From Oculina patagonica (lineage: Eukaryota): a stretch of 64,000 bases of DNA. The notes beneath the pieces are model-generated. The model saw only the letters and a list, made by a program, of their open reading frames with translations. It ran no database searches and was not told where the DNA came from. Shown here one piece after another: positions 1-11,381 of this stretch; positions within the stretch are counted from its first letter, which is position 1, and each line of letters begins with the position of its first letter. The stretch covers positions 27,652,001 to 27,716,000 of the forward strand of contig NC_135763.1 in NCBI RefSeq assembly GCF_052425735.1, read 5' to 3'. A program made the position numbers and the translations under genes.

Positions 1-1496
1 GACATTGTAGTTGCATGGCAACGAATTGACGTTACAGTGACTCAATATGTTATAGTAAAACTACAAGGATGTAAAGTATACTAAAACAGGTGAGCAGCAG
101 AATGCAAAGAGGGAATTCTAAACTATCACGAGCCACCTTAAGTAGGACGGTCTCTTCTTACAGTTGCCACCCAACGCAGCTTTGGCTTCAATAAAATGGA
201 ATTCGATCATTTTCGTTTATTCCCAACCATTGGGTTTATAACGGGAAAACTAGGAACATCCTTTTAGAGCGTATAATTAAATGTTAAAGCAGTTTTAAAA
301 GTTTCAAATTTCGATATTTGGTAGCCAAAAATGATAATCTAATGTCCTTCAAGTAATCTTTTAAGTGCTATCCTCTAAAAAAAGTGAATTAACGTGGCTC
401 TAGCAAAGACGATTATTCTCGATATTTGCATCAGCCGAAAAATAAATAACTGAAAGCGTTTCTTAAATGTTGATTGTATTCCTTATATTTTAACCACGCA
501 TAACGCATATGCAAAGGAAGGTTAACATTATCTAGCACCATCTGTATTATATTTACGACAACATTAACGACTGGCTTACCCAGATGTATATAAAGCCTCC
601 TTGTGGTGTACGGAGCAAAAATGGTACTTTTGTTAAAAACATGCAGTCCCAAGTGTAAGTAAAGTAGGCAAAAATAATTTTCAATGACAATTGGCCAAAA
701 GAAAGAACAAGAAGAAACGTTGGTTTGCTGCCTACTCCAAAATTTTCGACGTGCTAAAGAACAAAGAACAACGACAAAGCAACTACGGGTGTTTTCTTTG
801 ATATCATTGTTTTATCACCCATAGCTTTGTTATGCACTACTTTCGAGAATAAATTTATAAATTCTCGGTTCGTTCATGTTTACATAGTTTATTATCATTT
901 TTCAAGTTAAAATGGCTTAGCAATTTGAAATTAGTCAGTATCGTTTTTATCGTCGTCTATAAAACACATTTGTCGGTACGCAAACGATCTCGAATTTGAT
1001 CAGCTGGTGCTGTTAAGTTTATAATTCATAATTAATTAGCTTCTTTGCAGAATAAAATATTACCCTTTTTTACAAAAAAGATAACTTATCATACATGTAC
1101 GAAATAAAATGTCTGAATATTATCACAATTTATCCAGTATTTGACTTAAATCAATACCATTTGTTGACAAGTGCTCAGTTTAACGTCTAAAACAAGGCAT
1201 GTGATATAACATTTAATTGCATTGGTAAGTAATTAAAACTTTTTTTGAAAAGCTTCCCTAATTTTACCTGTTCAGAAATTGTAAAAAACGGTTACACTTG
1301 TTTAAGTTAGCTCGCATTATTGGTTTTTAGCGAGCCCGAGTTTTCTTTAGTGAAATTTATTAATCTATTAATCTAAAGCTTTTCAAAACCAAGTCGTAAA
1401 TATGTGTTTATTGGGTGTCTAATTTAATATTTTCGGCTATGAACAACATTGTAAATTTTCTTAACTTGAGTGTGTCAAATTAAGATCATAACTTAC

Positions 1497-1566
1497 CACG
1501 ATACCCCAGGAAACTCAACCCTAGAGTTATCCAAGCGGGAAATGTTAACGCCTTGAAAAGGGCCAT
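1497..1566 (-). CDS. First coding exon (signal peptide) of a tandem paralogue of the PAN-EGF-FA58C-CTLD gene; the rest of the gene presumably lies left of the window
   Basis: ATG at 1566 reads MALFKALTFPAWITLGLSFLGYR, then G|gtaagt donor. The exon is 70 nt, phase 1, the same length and phase as 9827-9896 (MVRFKALTFLAWITFGLSLLVFL) and clearly similar to it. Confidence 0.75.
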
Positions 1567-1814
1567 GCTGAAATGCCACTCTCTTAGTTATGCTCTTACT
1601 GTAAACAGACGTGTTTTATCTTTAAATATTGCCCGTTGTGCCGGTTTTTAAATAAAACATCTGATGAATCATTTATAATTGCACTTCTAAATTCATGATT
1701 GGTTGACTGTCTCGGGCTATTTGCGAATATTATGCCCTCATAAATGGAAACAATAATCCTCCAATCAAATGCTCGCATTAGGGAAACTGGACTTCACAAT
1801 ACTTTTACCATATA

Positions 1815-2279
1815 TATATATGACTGGATTTATCAAAACAAGGCTAATGAAATTTTCACCGTTTTTAGCGCAAATCGCTGTCAACGCGTTTTTTTCTCCA
1901 AAGTAGATGATACAAAAACTTAAGTGAATGTCAGTCTTTTTTTCTCTCCTCCTCTCTCTTATCTACCTTTCAGCGCTGTTCATTTTTTTCTTTCTCGGCA
2001 TGTCTAAGCCATATCGCAGTGTAACGAACGTGGTCAAAAACAAGACATTCAGGTCACTTTGGTTGACCACGTTTTCTGCTGTCATATGTGACATTCACTG
2101 GTAACATATAGGTGGATTTAGGAAACGTGGTCAACGAATAGTGACCTGAGTGTTTTTGACCACGTTGGTCACACTGCGATAGAAAGAAAAACATGAACAA
2201 CAGCGCTGAAAGATAAAGATAAGAGAGAGGAGGAGAGAAAAAAAGACTGACATTCACTTTAGTGTTTATATCGTCTACT
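1815..2279. mobile_element. MITE-derived foldback (arms ~1902-2073 and ~2121-2279)
   Basis: aagtgaatgtcagtctttttttctctcctcctctctcttatct...cagcgctgtt is mirrored by aacagcgctg...agataagagagaggaggagagaaaaaaagactgacattcactt. 1815-2025 also aligns with 41859-42075. Confidence 0.75.
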
Positions 2280-2652
2280 CACGTGCACTTCTGCAAATAT
2301 ATAATTCTAACACAAACGAACTGTTGCAGTGCGCGGTTGCCTTAAAAGTAAAAGCCCAAAGTCTGTGAGTTTAAACGGTACTTTCGCTACTTCACACTAG
2401 GCCTTAACAAGAAGATTATTATAACAGCAAACAAAAATCAATTTTAAACAAGCATTATCGAGCATATGTAGATAAATTGCTGTCTAGCGTACAAGGACCT
2501 CTCAATGGGCTTTATTAAGCGTCCAGGGTTTAATAGTCGGCTGACAAAATAGCAATTTTACTTAAGCCGTGAAAGTATGGCCTTTAAAGGTTTAAGGTTA
2601 ACTGTCGTTAGACACATCGTTAGAATGCTTATCCACCCAACCCCCTTATATC

Positions 2653-5600
2653 TTAAGGATATATCTTCTCGCAAATATATCCCAGCTCAAAATCGCATTC
2701 TAAATCATTCCACTCTCCATGAAAACCATAAAATGTATGGTGCCCTATTTCAAAGTCTCCAATCGACATGTGGCCACAGTTTTGATTTCCGCCATAGTTG
2801 TTGGGATTGTTATTTCCCCAGTTGGTGTAGTTTGCCAGTAAGCTGCCATCCGTCCACATCCACTTGCCTTCCTCCACCTGGTCACTCAGTCCAATCCAGT
2901 AAGTCACTCCGAATGATCCGGCAGATAAAGCGAAGAAGGTGCTTTTAAGAAATTTATTCTCGACTGCTGATTCGATTTTTACCAGTTCCGCTCCAAGACT
3001 TCTGCACCTTGCTTGTGCGTTGCTCCAGGTCTCACGCACAGTGAACAGTAAGTAGCTAGAGCCGCATAGCGCCTCTATACCTGGAATAAAGTCTTAAACA
3101 AAAAGGAATGAGATTCAGTTAAATTGGTCAAAAGTCTCTGAGTTCTGCTAATGAATATAATTAATAATAGAGCCTTTGCCGGCTAATATATTTCTGCCAT
3201 TCTAACTGGATAAAAGAAATTTAAGGCTTGAAACTTGTTTGTGACTGCCAAACCGTACCGAAGTCAACGCAGAACGCTCAAAATTTAGGATTGAAATAAC
3301 AATTAAAAAGTTTCCCGAGAGGGCACTCCATACTCGTTTCGTTGCAAATTCATAAAAAAAATAATAATAAAAAAATCTGTAATAAAAATTCTGTTCAAGA
3401 GCTGTTGCTTATGTTCAACGTAATATTATTGGTTAGTTTACAGAAAAGGTCCCCAACCTTTGTTTTCTAGTAACTTTTTGACTGGCTAATTTTGTTCCGA
3501 GTGACCCGGTTCGATGCATAGATGCATTGAATCATATTCTAGACAGCAGCAGAATGGGTTTTTTATATTTCCATTTTGATGACAATAGCGCCCTTCGTTT
3601 TTGAGATAAAGTTTTTCATATATTTTGTGACAAACTAAATTAACATGACTCCCAGATGTTACAAATATATATTATAGTACTATTGTTCTATTCATGGTGA
3701 GTATTTTCCAAGGCGACGTCGAGTTAGAGATACGCCAAAATTCAGTCCTATTTTTAAAATTCGGGGAAAACTTGTGTCACTTTTTTGGACCGTTAATTTG
3801 TGTACCAATGCGAGGTCGGCGCTTGTTGAATAACTTCTTTAAAAAACTTGGTTACTTTGAAGGTATCTTTAATATGTGAAATCTGACTGATCTAAACAAT
3901 ATTTTTCCAAGAGAGGATATTTTTCACAATACCTCGACAACCATAGAGCTCCACACGCATTGATATGTGATTGTGCCAAGCCACTGGTCGAAAACGGATG
4001 TAGCGTGCTGTGATTGGAGGACTGAGTCCATGATAAACCACAGAGTCTCTGTCTGCGTTCCCGTTAAAGACCTAAATCAGAACGATAATAGGATGTTAGA
4101 AAGCTATCATTATTTTTTATTTGTACTGCCTTGAATTTCACGATTTTCCATAGCTCTGAAAATTACTATTATCCATAACTCTGAAATTACTTATTATCAT
4201 ATTGACTATTATGACAATGTCTTGAAAATTAATTATAAACATTTTAAGTTTCCTCTGGTCTGAATAGGGTTTACCACTGAACCCATTGTGGCTATTCCAA
4301 GTACTTTATCTCCTGCAGCAAGACAAACGAATACAAAACAACAAAGCGTCTTGAGATTGGACTTCTTTTACGCTGACTTACACTGGTGTGATGTATAAAT
4401 AGGCTCAAGCACAGAAGAACAGTACAGGTTTACGGTAAGGTTAATTCGCTCTACTTTTTTTATTTATTTATTTTTTATTGAGATAATTGAAAACACGCCT
4501 TACTTACAATAATATAAATGCACTTACAATAACAGCTAGCACATTACTTACAATACTTCTTACATGTAAACACTAATAATGACAACACTAATACACAATA
4601 GCCGGATTTTTTTTTTTTTTACTTTTTATAATACTTGTAATAATACGAGAGGAAAGAAGAAAACAAAAACTACACTAGTAGCGCAAAAAAAGGTCTACAA
4701 CTATACACTCAAATATATAGCTAGCAGCTGGCTTCGGGTAACAGCAAAAGAGATTATATGTTTTCACTGCTACAAAGGGTGGTCCACTTGTTCCTATGTT
4801 TATTAAAATTACAGTTTCTGATAGCAATCTCTCTTTCTGATTGAATTTTACTTTTAAGCAAACAAAGAAAGACCTCAAACATTGGATTTTCTGACTTGAT
4901 TTTTGAAAGGTAAATGTGATATTTGCCTATTAAAAAGAAGTGGTTTAGTGCATAAAAACTAGAAGATCCTGGTTTATAGCCATAAAGAATTTCAATAGGT
5001 TTTGGATTTATGTTTTCAAAGCGTTTTACGTTCCACCATTGGATTGCCATTATCCAAAATTGTTTCACGTAAGGACAATCGCAAAACATGTGCTCTAGTG
5101 TTAATTCGCTCTACAGCTACCCTTGTAAATGATCCGAGGTGAAATAAAGGTGATGTGATGTGATGTGATGGATGTGATGTGATGTGATGTGATGTGGTGT
5201 GTGTGTGTGTGTTGTTGTTGTATGTATGTATGTATGTATGTATGTATTATGTATATGATATATATNNNNNNNNNNNNNNNNNNNNNNNNNNNNNNNNNNN
5301 NNNNNNNNNNNNNNNNNNNNNNNNNNNNNNNNNNNNNNNNNNNNNNNNNNNNNNNNNNNNNNNNNNNNNNNNNNNNNNNNNNNNNNNNNNNNNNNNNNNN
5401 NNNNNNNNNNNNNNTCGAAGTCATTTCAAGAAACAATTTCGAAAAAATCATTTAATCTCTGCTTTTCACCTTGTTTACGTTTTGTCCATGTTCCCTGTAA
5501 TACTGGAAATCCACTCCATTGTCACCGTACTGCAGATTGTATAAAGTTACCCACTGACTGTATGCATTTCGTCCTTGCGTTGCTACTCCTGTCACCCGAG

Positions 5601-8600
5601 TGAACCCACTTCCCAAGTCAACTTGCAGCCATTGATTTACGTCGTTGTTGCCAGCTGACCAAGCTCCTTGTTTAACTCCCGATTGTTGAAAGTGAAGTCT
5701 GCCCTGGACTGCGGCATAATTATTACTCCAATGTGAGGAGGCAGTGATTTCTTTGTCAAATATTGAACCGCTTTCCATTCCAAGAGGATCGTCACATCCT
5801 AAACGTTTGAAGGAATCGATGCAGATTTAGCTCCAAAATAAGTATTACTGACAAATGCAATACGTCCACGTGCACTTCAAATGCGGGTAAAGTCTTACTT
5901 ACAGCTTAGCGCCGGGTGGCGACAATGCACAGACAGAAATTGGACCGCCACGCGCAGAGCAGCCCCTCGCCACGGGGAGGAGAGACGGAGTCTGGGCAGA
6001 CCGGCGACGCAAGAGGAACCGGAACTGCGAGGAAGTAGTGCGCGAGGAGAACGACGGAAACAGAGAGGGGGACCCAACGGGAGTGTGAGGGGGAGGAAAC
6101 AGAAGCAGGGAGGGAGAGGACCGCAGACACAGTGGCGAGTGCCGTCCGCCGCGCGCGCCACTCGCCAGGACAGAGACACCTGCCAACGGTCGGACAGAGA
6201 ATGGGGCGGCGACACCGAACGGAGAGAGGTCCGAAGTCGTCATCGGGACCATAGAGAGCCGAGAGACAGACCGCGCAGACGCCACACCAGCGCCACCAGA
6301 GATACCACCAGAGAAGCGAGGACGCCGAGAAATGAGCGAAGCGACGGAGCGGGGAAGCCCGGGAGGGGCGGCCGCGGGGGGAAGGAGAGACGCGGTCGGG
6401 AGGGGAGAGGGGGAAAGAAAGCGCTGTCGTGGAACTAGGAGACAGGGGCGATGCGAGGACGGGAGAGGGGGACGGCGAGGCACGACGGGAAAGGAGTGGG
6501 GAGAGGACGCACAGCAGGAGGACCGTAGGTGGACACGGAGGGGGTGGGCGGAGAGTGGGGCAACCGGAGGTCGACGGCGCCTGCCCCCGACCCATGAGTC
6601 CGCGGGAGAGGCGCTGTACCCACTGAGTGAGCGAGAGAGCGGACGACCGCGAAGATGAACAGTCGGAGGGGGAGGGGGCGGGGGCGCGCGAGCGGCCTGA
6701 CATGACGTCACCACACCGAAGCGGAAGGGCGGGGAGCGGGAACAGCCGAGACGGGGCGGAACCAAAATCTGATACGATGCATAAGAGAACGAAAACCACA
6801 AAAAACCTGTAGGCTATATAGACACTTTAAGTATACTGGTAGATAGACTTGCACCAAGTCGCCCTTTCTTTAGGCGAGCGAAGGGAGCCGAAAAGCGTCG
6901 CAGAGCGACGAGTGATTGCGAGTGACGAAGTCGCGAGAGGGCGATTTACCTCGCTTGAAGGATTACGCGACATATATACCTTAACCGCGCGTCGAAGGAA
7001 TTTGTGAAATATTTGAAAATCTTACCATTTGACATTTGCAATTTTATAAAAACGGTAAAGCTCATTCCAATCCTGGGATCGGTCGCACTCCTTGGTCGGT
7101 TTCTAAGCCATGAAGCGATTTTATACTGATTGGGGATAGCCATCGCGAGAGGCACGTGCCTGTCGTGAACAAAAACACAGCAGAAGGGTCTCGGCTTGGC
7201 TCGAGGCCCGATTCCTCGATCCAAATTCCAACGCACTAACCATTCAACCACCACTACAACTTCCAAAATTCGTCTTAATATAAAAAGCATTTGTCCAAAT
7301 TGCAAACCTAAACCTTAGTCGACGCCCACGTTATTTATTCTAAAAATATTATTTAAATAGTAATTTATTTACAATTTACATAGAGTCTACAACGCACATA
7401 ATTTCACGAACAAAATTTAACATGCAACATTGAAAATAGCATATAGGGGCTGGGAGAGACCACGATTGAGTTTTTTTGCAATTGGATGATGTTGCGAACC
7501 ATATCAGATGCTTCTCTTGTGCCGGCTTTATCCGTAATACGGCTAAGAGCCATTTTAATCTATATAATTATGTGTTATGTAAAATAGCTGCAAAAATACC
7601 TTTATCCTGTTCGGCCATAAAACCCTCGCGGCAGGCACATCTGAAGCCATTGGTGGTGAATCCTATTTGGCAAACGGCATACTTTCCAGGACATGGGTTA
7701 CCGTAGCAGAAATTCTGAATGTAAAATTGGCACGTTTTAAAATGAACCTACCCTTGATATTTGCAGGTAAAACAATTAGATGTTACTTATGTATAAAGTT
7801 ATTCCTGCCTTTAAATCAAAGAAGTCCTTAATAATAATTTGTTAAAGTGAAAACACTGACCATGTTCGAAGGAATTAACAAACAATAAAGAAGCGAAGAT
7901 GACTAAGATTAGAGATTCGAAAAGGGTGGTTTACGAACGGTGAACTTAAAATATATGCAACAAATTTCACAAAACGAGTATCTAAATTTCTTTAATGTTC
8001 GCAAAGTTTTACAATTTTCCGAATTTACTCTACTGCGTGGGCGCAATTTCTCGAAACGGGCAATAACATAGTATAAACCTAATTTTCGAGGTACTTCTCT
8101 GACAAAACGTAAAGAAACAGGAAAAGTTGAGTTATTTATATACAAAATTTGGTTAAGAAGTATATTTTAAAGCTCTAGAGGTTCACAGTCAAGCTTTTGA
8201 TCTTTGAATCCTAACCCTCATTAGCTATACCTCGACACCATGGTAGGTATAATGTTGCCTGTTTTTCAGCAGCGATTGAGATGGACTATCATCAGTGGCA
8301 TTATTTAACTCGCATATGTGTGTCCCTTCGTCAAATGGTCCCACATTGACTGACGCACAGTTTGGCTCCAAATAACATTTCACCCTGCAGCTCCCATCAT
8401 TGGATACTTTCTCAGTTCGTATCAAGTGACCTTCCAGTGCTTTATTTGATACTGGTTCTTGAAACAATAAGACGCGGTCATAATCCGTCGTGAGCACTGC
8501 AAAAAAAAAGAAACATTCTAATCAAAGCGTTTCCAGCCTTGAAACATGTTATTGCATTAAGGCATTTTTATTACTGGTAAATTGCTCAAGGAAACAAAAC

Positions 8601-9896
8601 GAACCATTTTTTTTTTTTTTACTTTAATAGGTGCAATTAAAACTACAAGTTTATCTTTATATAATGTTTTTTTAAGAGTCAAATAATGACAGAAAGGGAA
8701 TCAAATAATAACTGAAATGTCATGCTAAATGCGATTTTTCCCATTAATAAGTGAAGAACAAATGTTGATAAAAAATGATTTCCTTGTTATCGCCTTCCAA
8801 CCGAAATGCGTGTAGTTATCTAATTTACTTGCGTCTAGCCAGTACCGTGTAAACTGTTATACGTGGCTGCCCCCTTATTTCGCTATGTAAATATTAAAAT
8901 ACTCAATATACGGGTGTTTTAATTTAGGTGTCGATAGGGGGCACTCAGTTAAACATAAATTTACAAGTAGAGTAAGTGTTTTCTAAAAACGGTTATGTTT
9001 ATACCACAATGATTGTTCCTTCTTTTTATCGACATCAGAAAACGGAAATTGCAATTTATTTTATAAACCAATTACTTGCAAATAGATTAAACAAAATATA
9101 TACCTTTTAGGCTCTGATTTAATTTGGGCTCTAATTTCATTTTGCCAACTCGTATTTTATTAATACCTTTGGACGGGCATAATAGCAGAGCATATTACAA
9201 CACATTATAGTAGCGTATTACAGTGGCATATTTAATCTTGAATTCCTTCACGATCATCGCCGCCATAGCTAATTAGCTAAAATTTAAAACATCCCCATCA
9301 ACGTTTTACATTGTTACATGCTTATAACTGTCATTTTGATCATCATGGGCGTTACGTGCAGCCTATTTTGCAAAACCCTTTAGGGTAGATTAAAATATAG
9401 CCCGCCGCGTTTCTTTATAAAGTAAATATCGCATACGGCAAAAGTGTGACAGTATCATTTGCCATGGTTTATCCTGGATTTCATAAATCGATATTCAGTT
9501 ATTGATGAAAGGTTTCTTGGGAGTTCGGCTAAGCCGCGAGTTCTGGCAATAAATAATATGTATTTTTCTGTTTTAAACTGACTAATGGAACATTGGTTTC
9601 CTTAGGCGCGCTTCCCCGACATTTTCTTTTCACAATAACTGATCCTTCCATTGTACTTGTTCGATTTATCTAGAACTGCAGTTTTTATTTTCGTAGCTTT
9701 GCCAGTATACCCTGCTGTTTACGAGTGAAGTTGCTGTATTCTGACGTCTAGTTAAATATTAAATTTATCTTCATTACGAACTTACCATGTTTTCGAAAAA
9801 GGGGCCAAATAAATGTCAGAACTTACCGAGAAACACCAGCAGACTCAATCCAAATGTTATCCATGCAAGAAATGTTAACGCCTTAAAACGAACCAT
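2653..9896 (-). CDS. Secreted mosaic lectin: signal peptide + PAN/apple-like + EGF-like + F5/8 type C (discoidin) + C-type lectin domain
   Basis: Exons 9896-9827, 8496-8231, 7714-7600, 5798-5470, 4071-3933 and 3092-2653; all introns GT-AG with compatible phases (1,0,1,0,1). Motifs: CRVKCYLEPNCASVN...CELNN (PAN-like); CYGNPCP..AVCQ..FRCAC (EGF); CDDPLGMES...WLQVDLG...GVATQGR...YIRFRP..W..HISMRVELYGC (FA58C); W..A...C...L..I.S..EN...WIGLSD..EG.W.W.DG...WND..C....YICE (CTLD). Confidence 0.88.
4455..5099 (-). mobile_element. 5'-truncated non-LTR retrotransposon (LINE, L1/Tx1-like ORF2 C-terminus) with A-rich tail and 15-bp TSD, in an intron
   Basis: ORF 4754-5089 starts (LEH)MFCDCPYVKQFW, the zf-RVT-type motif. 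The T-rich tract at 4455-4479 is the A-rich tail on the minus strand. The direct repeat gttaattcgctctac is at 4440-4454 and 5100-5114. Confidence 0.88.
5149..5265. repeat. Compound microsatellite (GTGAT)n(GT)n(GTT)n(TATG)n(TA)n next to an N-gap
   Basis: Simple repeats read directly from the sequence. Confidence 0.9.
7095..7257 (-). mobile_element. Degenerate tRNA-derived SINE copy
   Basis: Minus strand begins gtggttgaatggttagtgcgttgga...ggatcgag...gggcctcgagcc (A/B-box-like head) followed by a SINE-like body. A related decayed copy lies at ~29070-29215. Confidence 0.5.
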
Positions 9897-10151
9897 GTTT
9901 AGTATCCAACTTCTTTACCAATTATTATAAACCTTCGTAATTAAATTTTAAATATTAATTTGAAATGTAATTTAAGTGTTAAGTTGTGGCTAATATATAG
10001 TTAATAAAACATTGTTTTTTTTTTTATCCTAAGTAATCATTCGACCACTGGGTAGCTAACCATTGGTTGTTAACTCCAGCTCTGCTGGAAAGATCTTCGA
10101 TTGAGTGATGGTAGGGTTTTTTTCTACAAAATCAGCCGTGGTACTTGGATG

Positions 10152-10626
10152 CCCGGGAAGGGGGGGGGGGGGGGGGCACTCCCATATTTGAGCTATATAG
10201 GTATGTGCGGCTGTGAAGGGTATGGCTTTCAAGCAGTTTAGTACTGGGTCTGGGATATGGTATAGAAATCGACGAGTTTTGGTCTAGAATAGGGTAGAAT
10301 TTGCCAGAAAAAGTGATCAGTAGTATGAGGAATTAAGTCTAGAATAGGAATAGAAACTTGGAAGAGGAAGAGGCCTTCTTAAACGTTAATAAAATCATCG
10401 CAGCGTCGTTGTTGACAGATGGTTTTCCATTAAAAACACAAATAGTGTCACAGTTCTGAAAACGGCAAATCTGGGATAGGGTAGCGATTTTCGGTGTTTA
10501 GTCTAGTAAAGGGTTGCGAAATCAGCTGAACGGGGTCTAGTATAGGGTAAGGGTTTCAGGGTCCCAGCGGCACACCACCACCCAAAAATATATAGAGTAC
10601 CCCCCCCCCCCCCCCCCTCGCCCGGG
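10152..10626. mobile_element. Non-autonomous DNA transposon with CCCGGG + poly-G/poly-C termini and 8-bp TSD
   Basis: Ends are cccgggaaggggg...gcactc and gagtacccc...cccggg. Flanks are cttggatg (10144-10151) and cttggacg (10627-10634). A similar right end occurs at ~30838-30859. Confidence 0.75.
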
Positions 10627-10674
10627 CTTGGACGACTAGCCATGGTAACTGCAATTCAAACACATGCCAGTTCA

Positions 10675-11381
10675 GAGGCTGTCTTTCTGAAAAAAAAAAA
10701 AACACTCAAATTCGCGTCAAAAAATATTTTTGCCTGAAACTCTGGCAACTGAAAGACTTTACCAAGGCTAGAACTAAAACGGATTTGGTTCGATTCAAAA
10801 TTATTTTCTGGCCGCGTTAGGAGCCAATAAATATTTTGCGCCTTCGAGCCCACCGCAACGTCTGGAAAATTAGAAAAATGACTTTTGAAATACTAAAAAC
10901 CGTACATGGGATTTTGCATACTTTAGCAGATAAAGGACTACACTTTTCGGCTGTGTAGAGTGGAGTTATCATCTAGGTCCCGGAATTGAAATATTAGCTT
11001 CTAAAGCAAGGTTATTTTTCAACCTTCGTTCGATGCCGATCAGTAGTGGCCATTATGTCCTTGATTTCCCCATTCCAGATACATCAATGTAAAAACTTAC
11101 TATTTTCTTAGAAAACAAGAAATATTTATGAACAAAATTGTCGGTTTTTGATGCGAATAAAATATTTTACAGTGGCTCGAAAAATGCCTATTTTTTTTAT
11201 TTTTCCAGACGTTGTGGTGGGCCCGAAGGGGCAAAATATTTATTGGCTCCTAACGCGGCCAGAGAATCAAGCCAAGTCCGTTTTAGTTATAGCCTTGGCA
11301 AAGTCTTTCAGTTACCATAGTTTCAGGCAAAATTATTTTTTGACGCGAATTTGAGTGGGTGTTTTTCAAATAGACAGCCTC
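10675..11381. mobile_element. MITE with ~200-bp TIRs, Kolobok-like (RR..YY ends, TTAA-type site)
   Basis: 10675-~10875 is the reverse complement of ~11195-11381; ORFs on opposite strands share QNIYWLLTRPEN and SLGKVFQLP. Flanks are ttca|gaggctgtct and agacagcctc|ttaa. Confidence 0.75.

Noticed and set aside
5101-5544. ORFs running through N-gaps (also 26449-26911, 28355-28872, 36428-36847, 57612-57797, 58701-59102)
   Set aside because: Their length comes from translated Ns and flanking simple repeats.
5881-6812. Long overlapping ORFs (up to 300 aa) on both strands
   Set aside because: Arg/Gly- or Pro/Ser-rich low-complexity products expected from GC and purine skew; no recognisable domain; inside an intron.
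10656-11354. Three short ORFs with similar peptides on opposite strands
   Set aside because: The similarity comes from the MITE's long TIRs, not from a gene pair.
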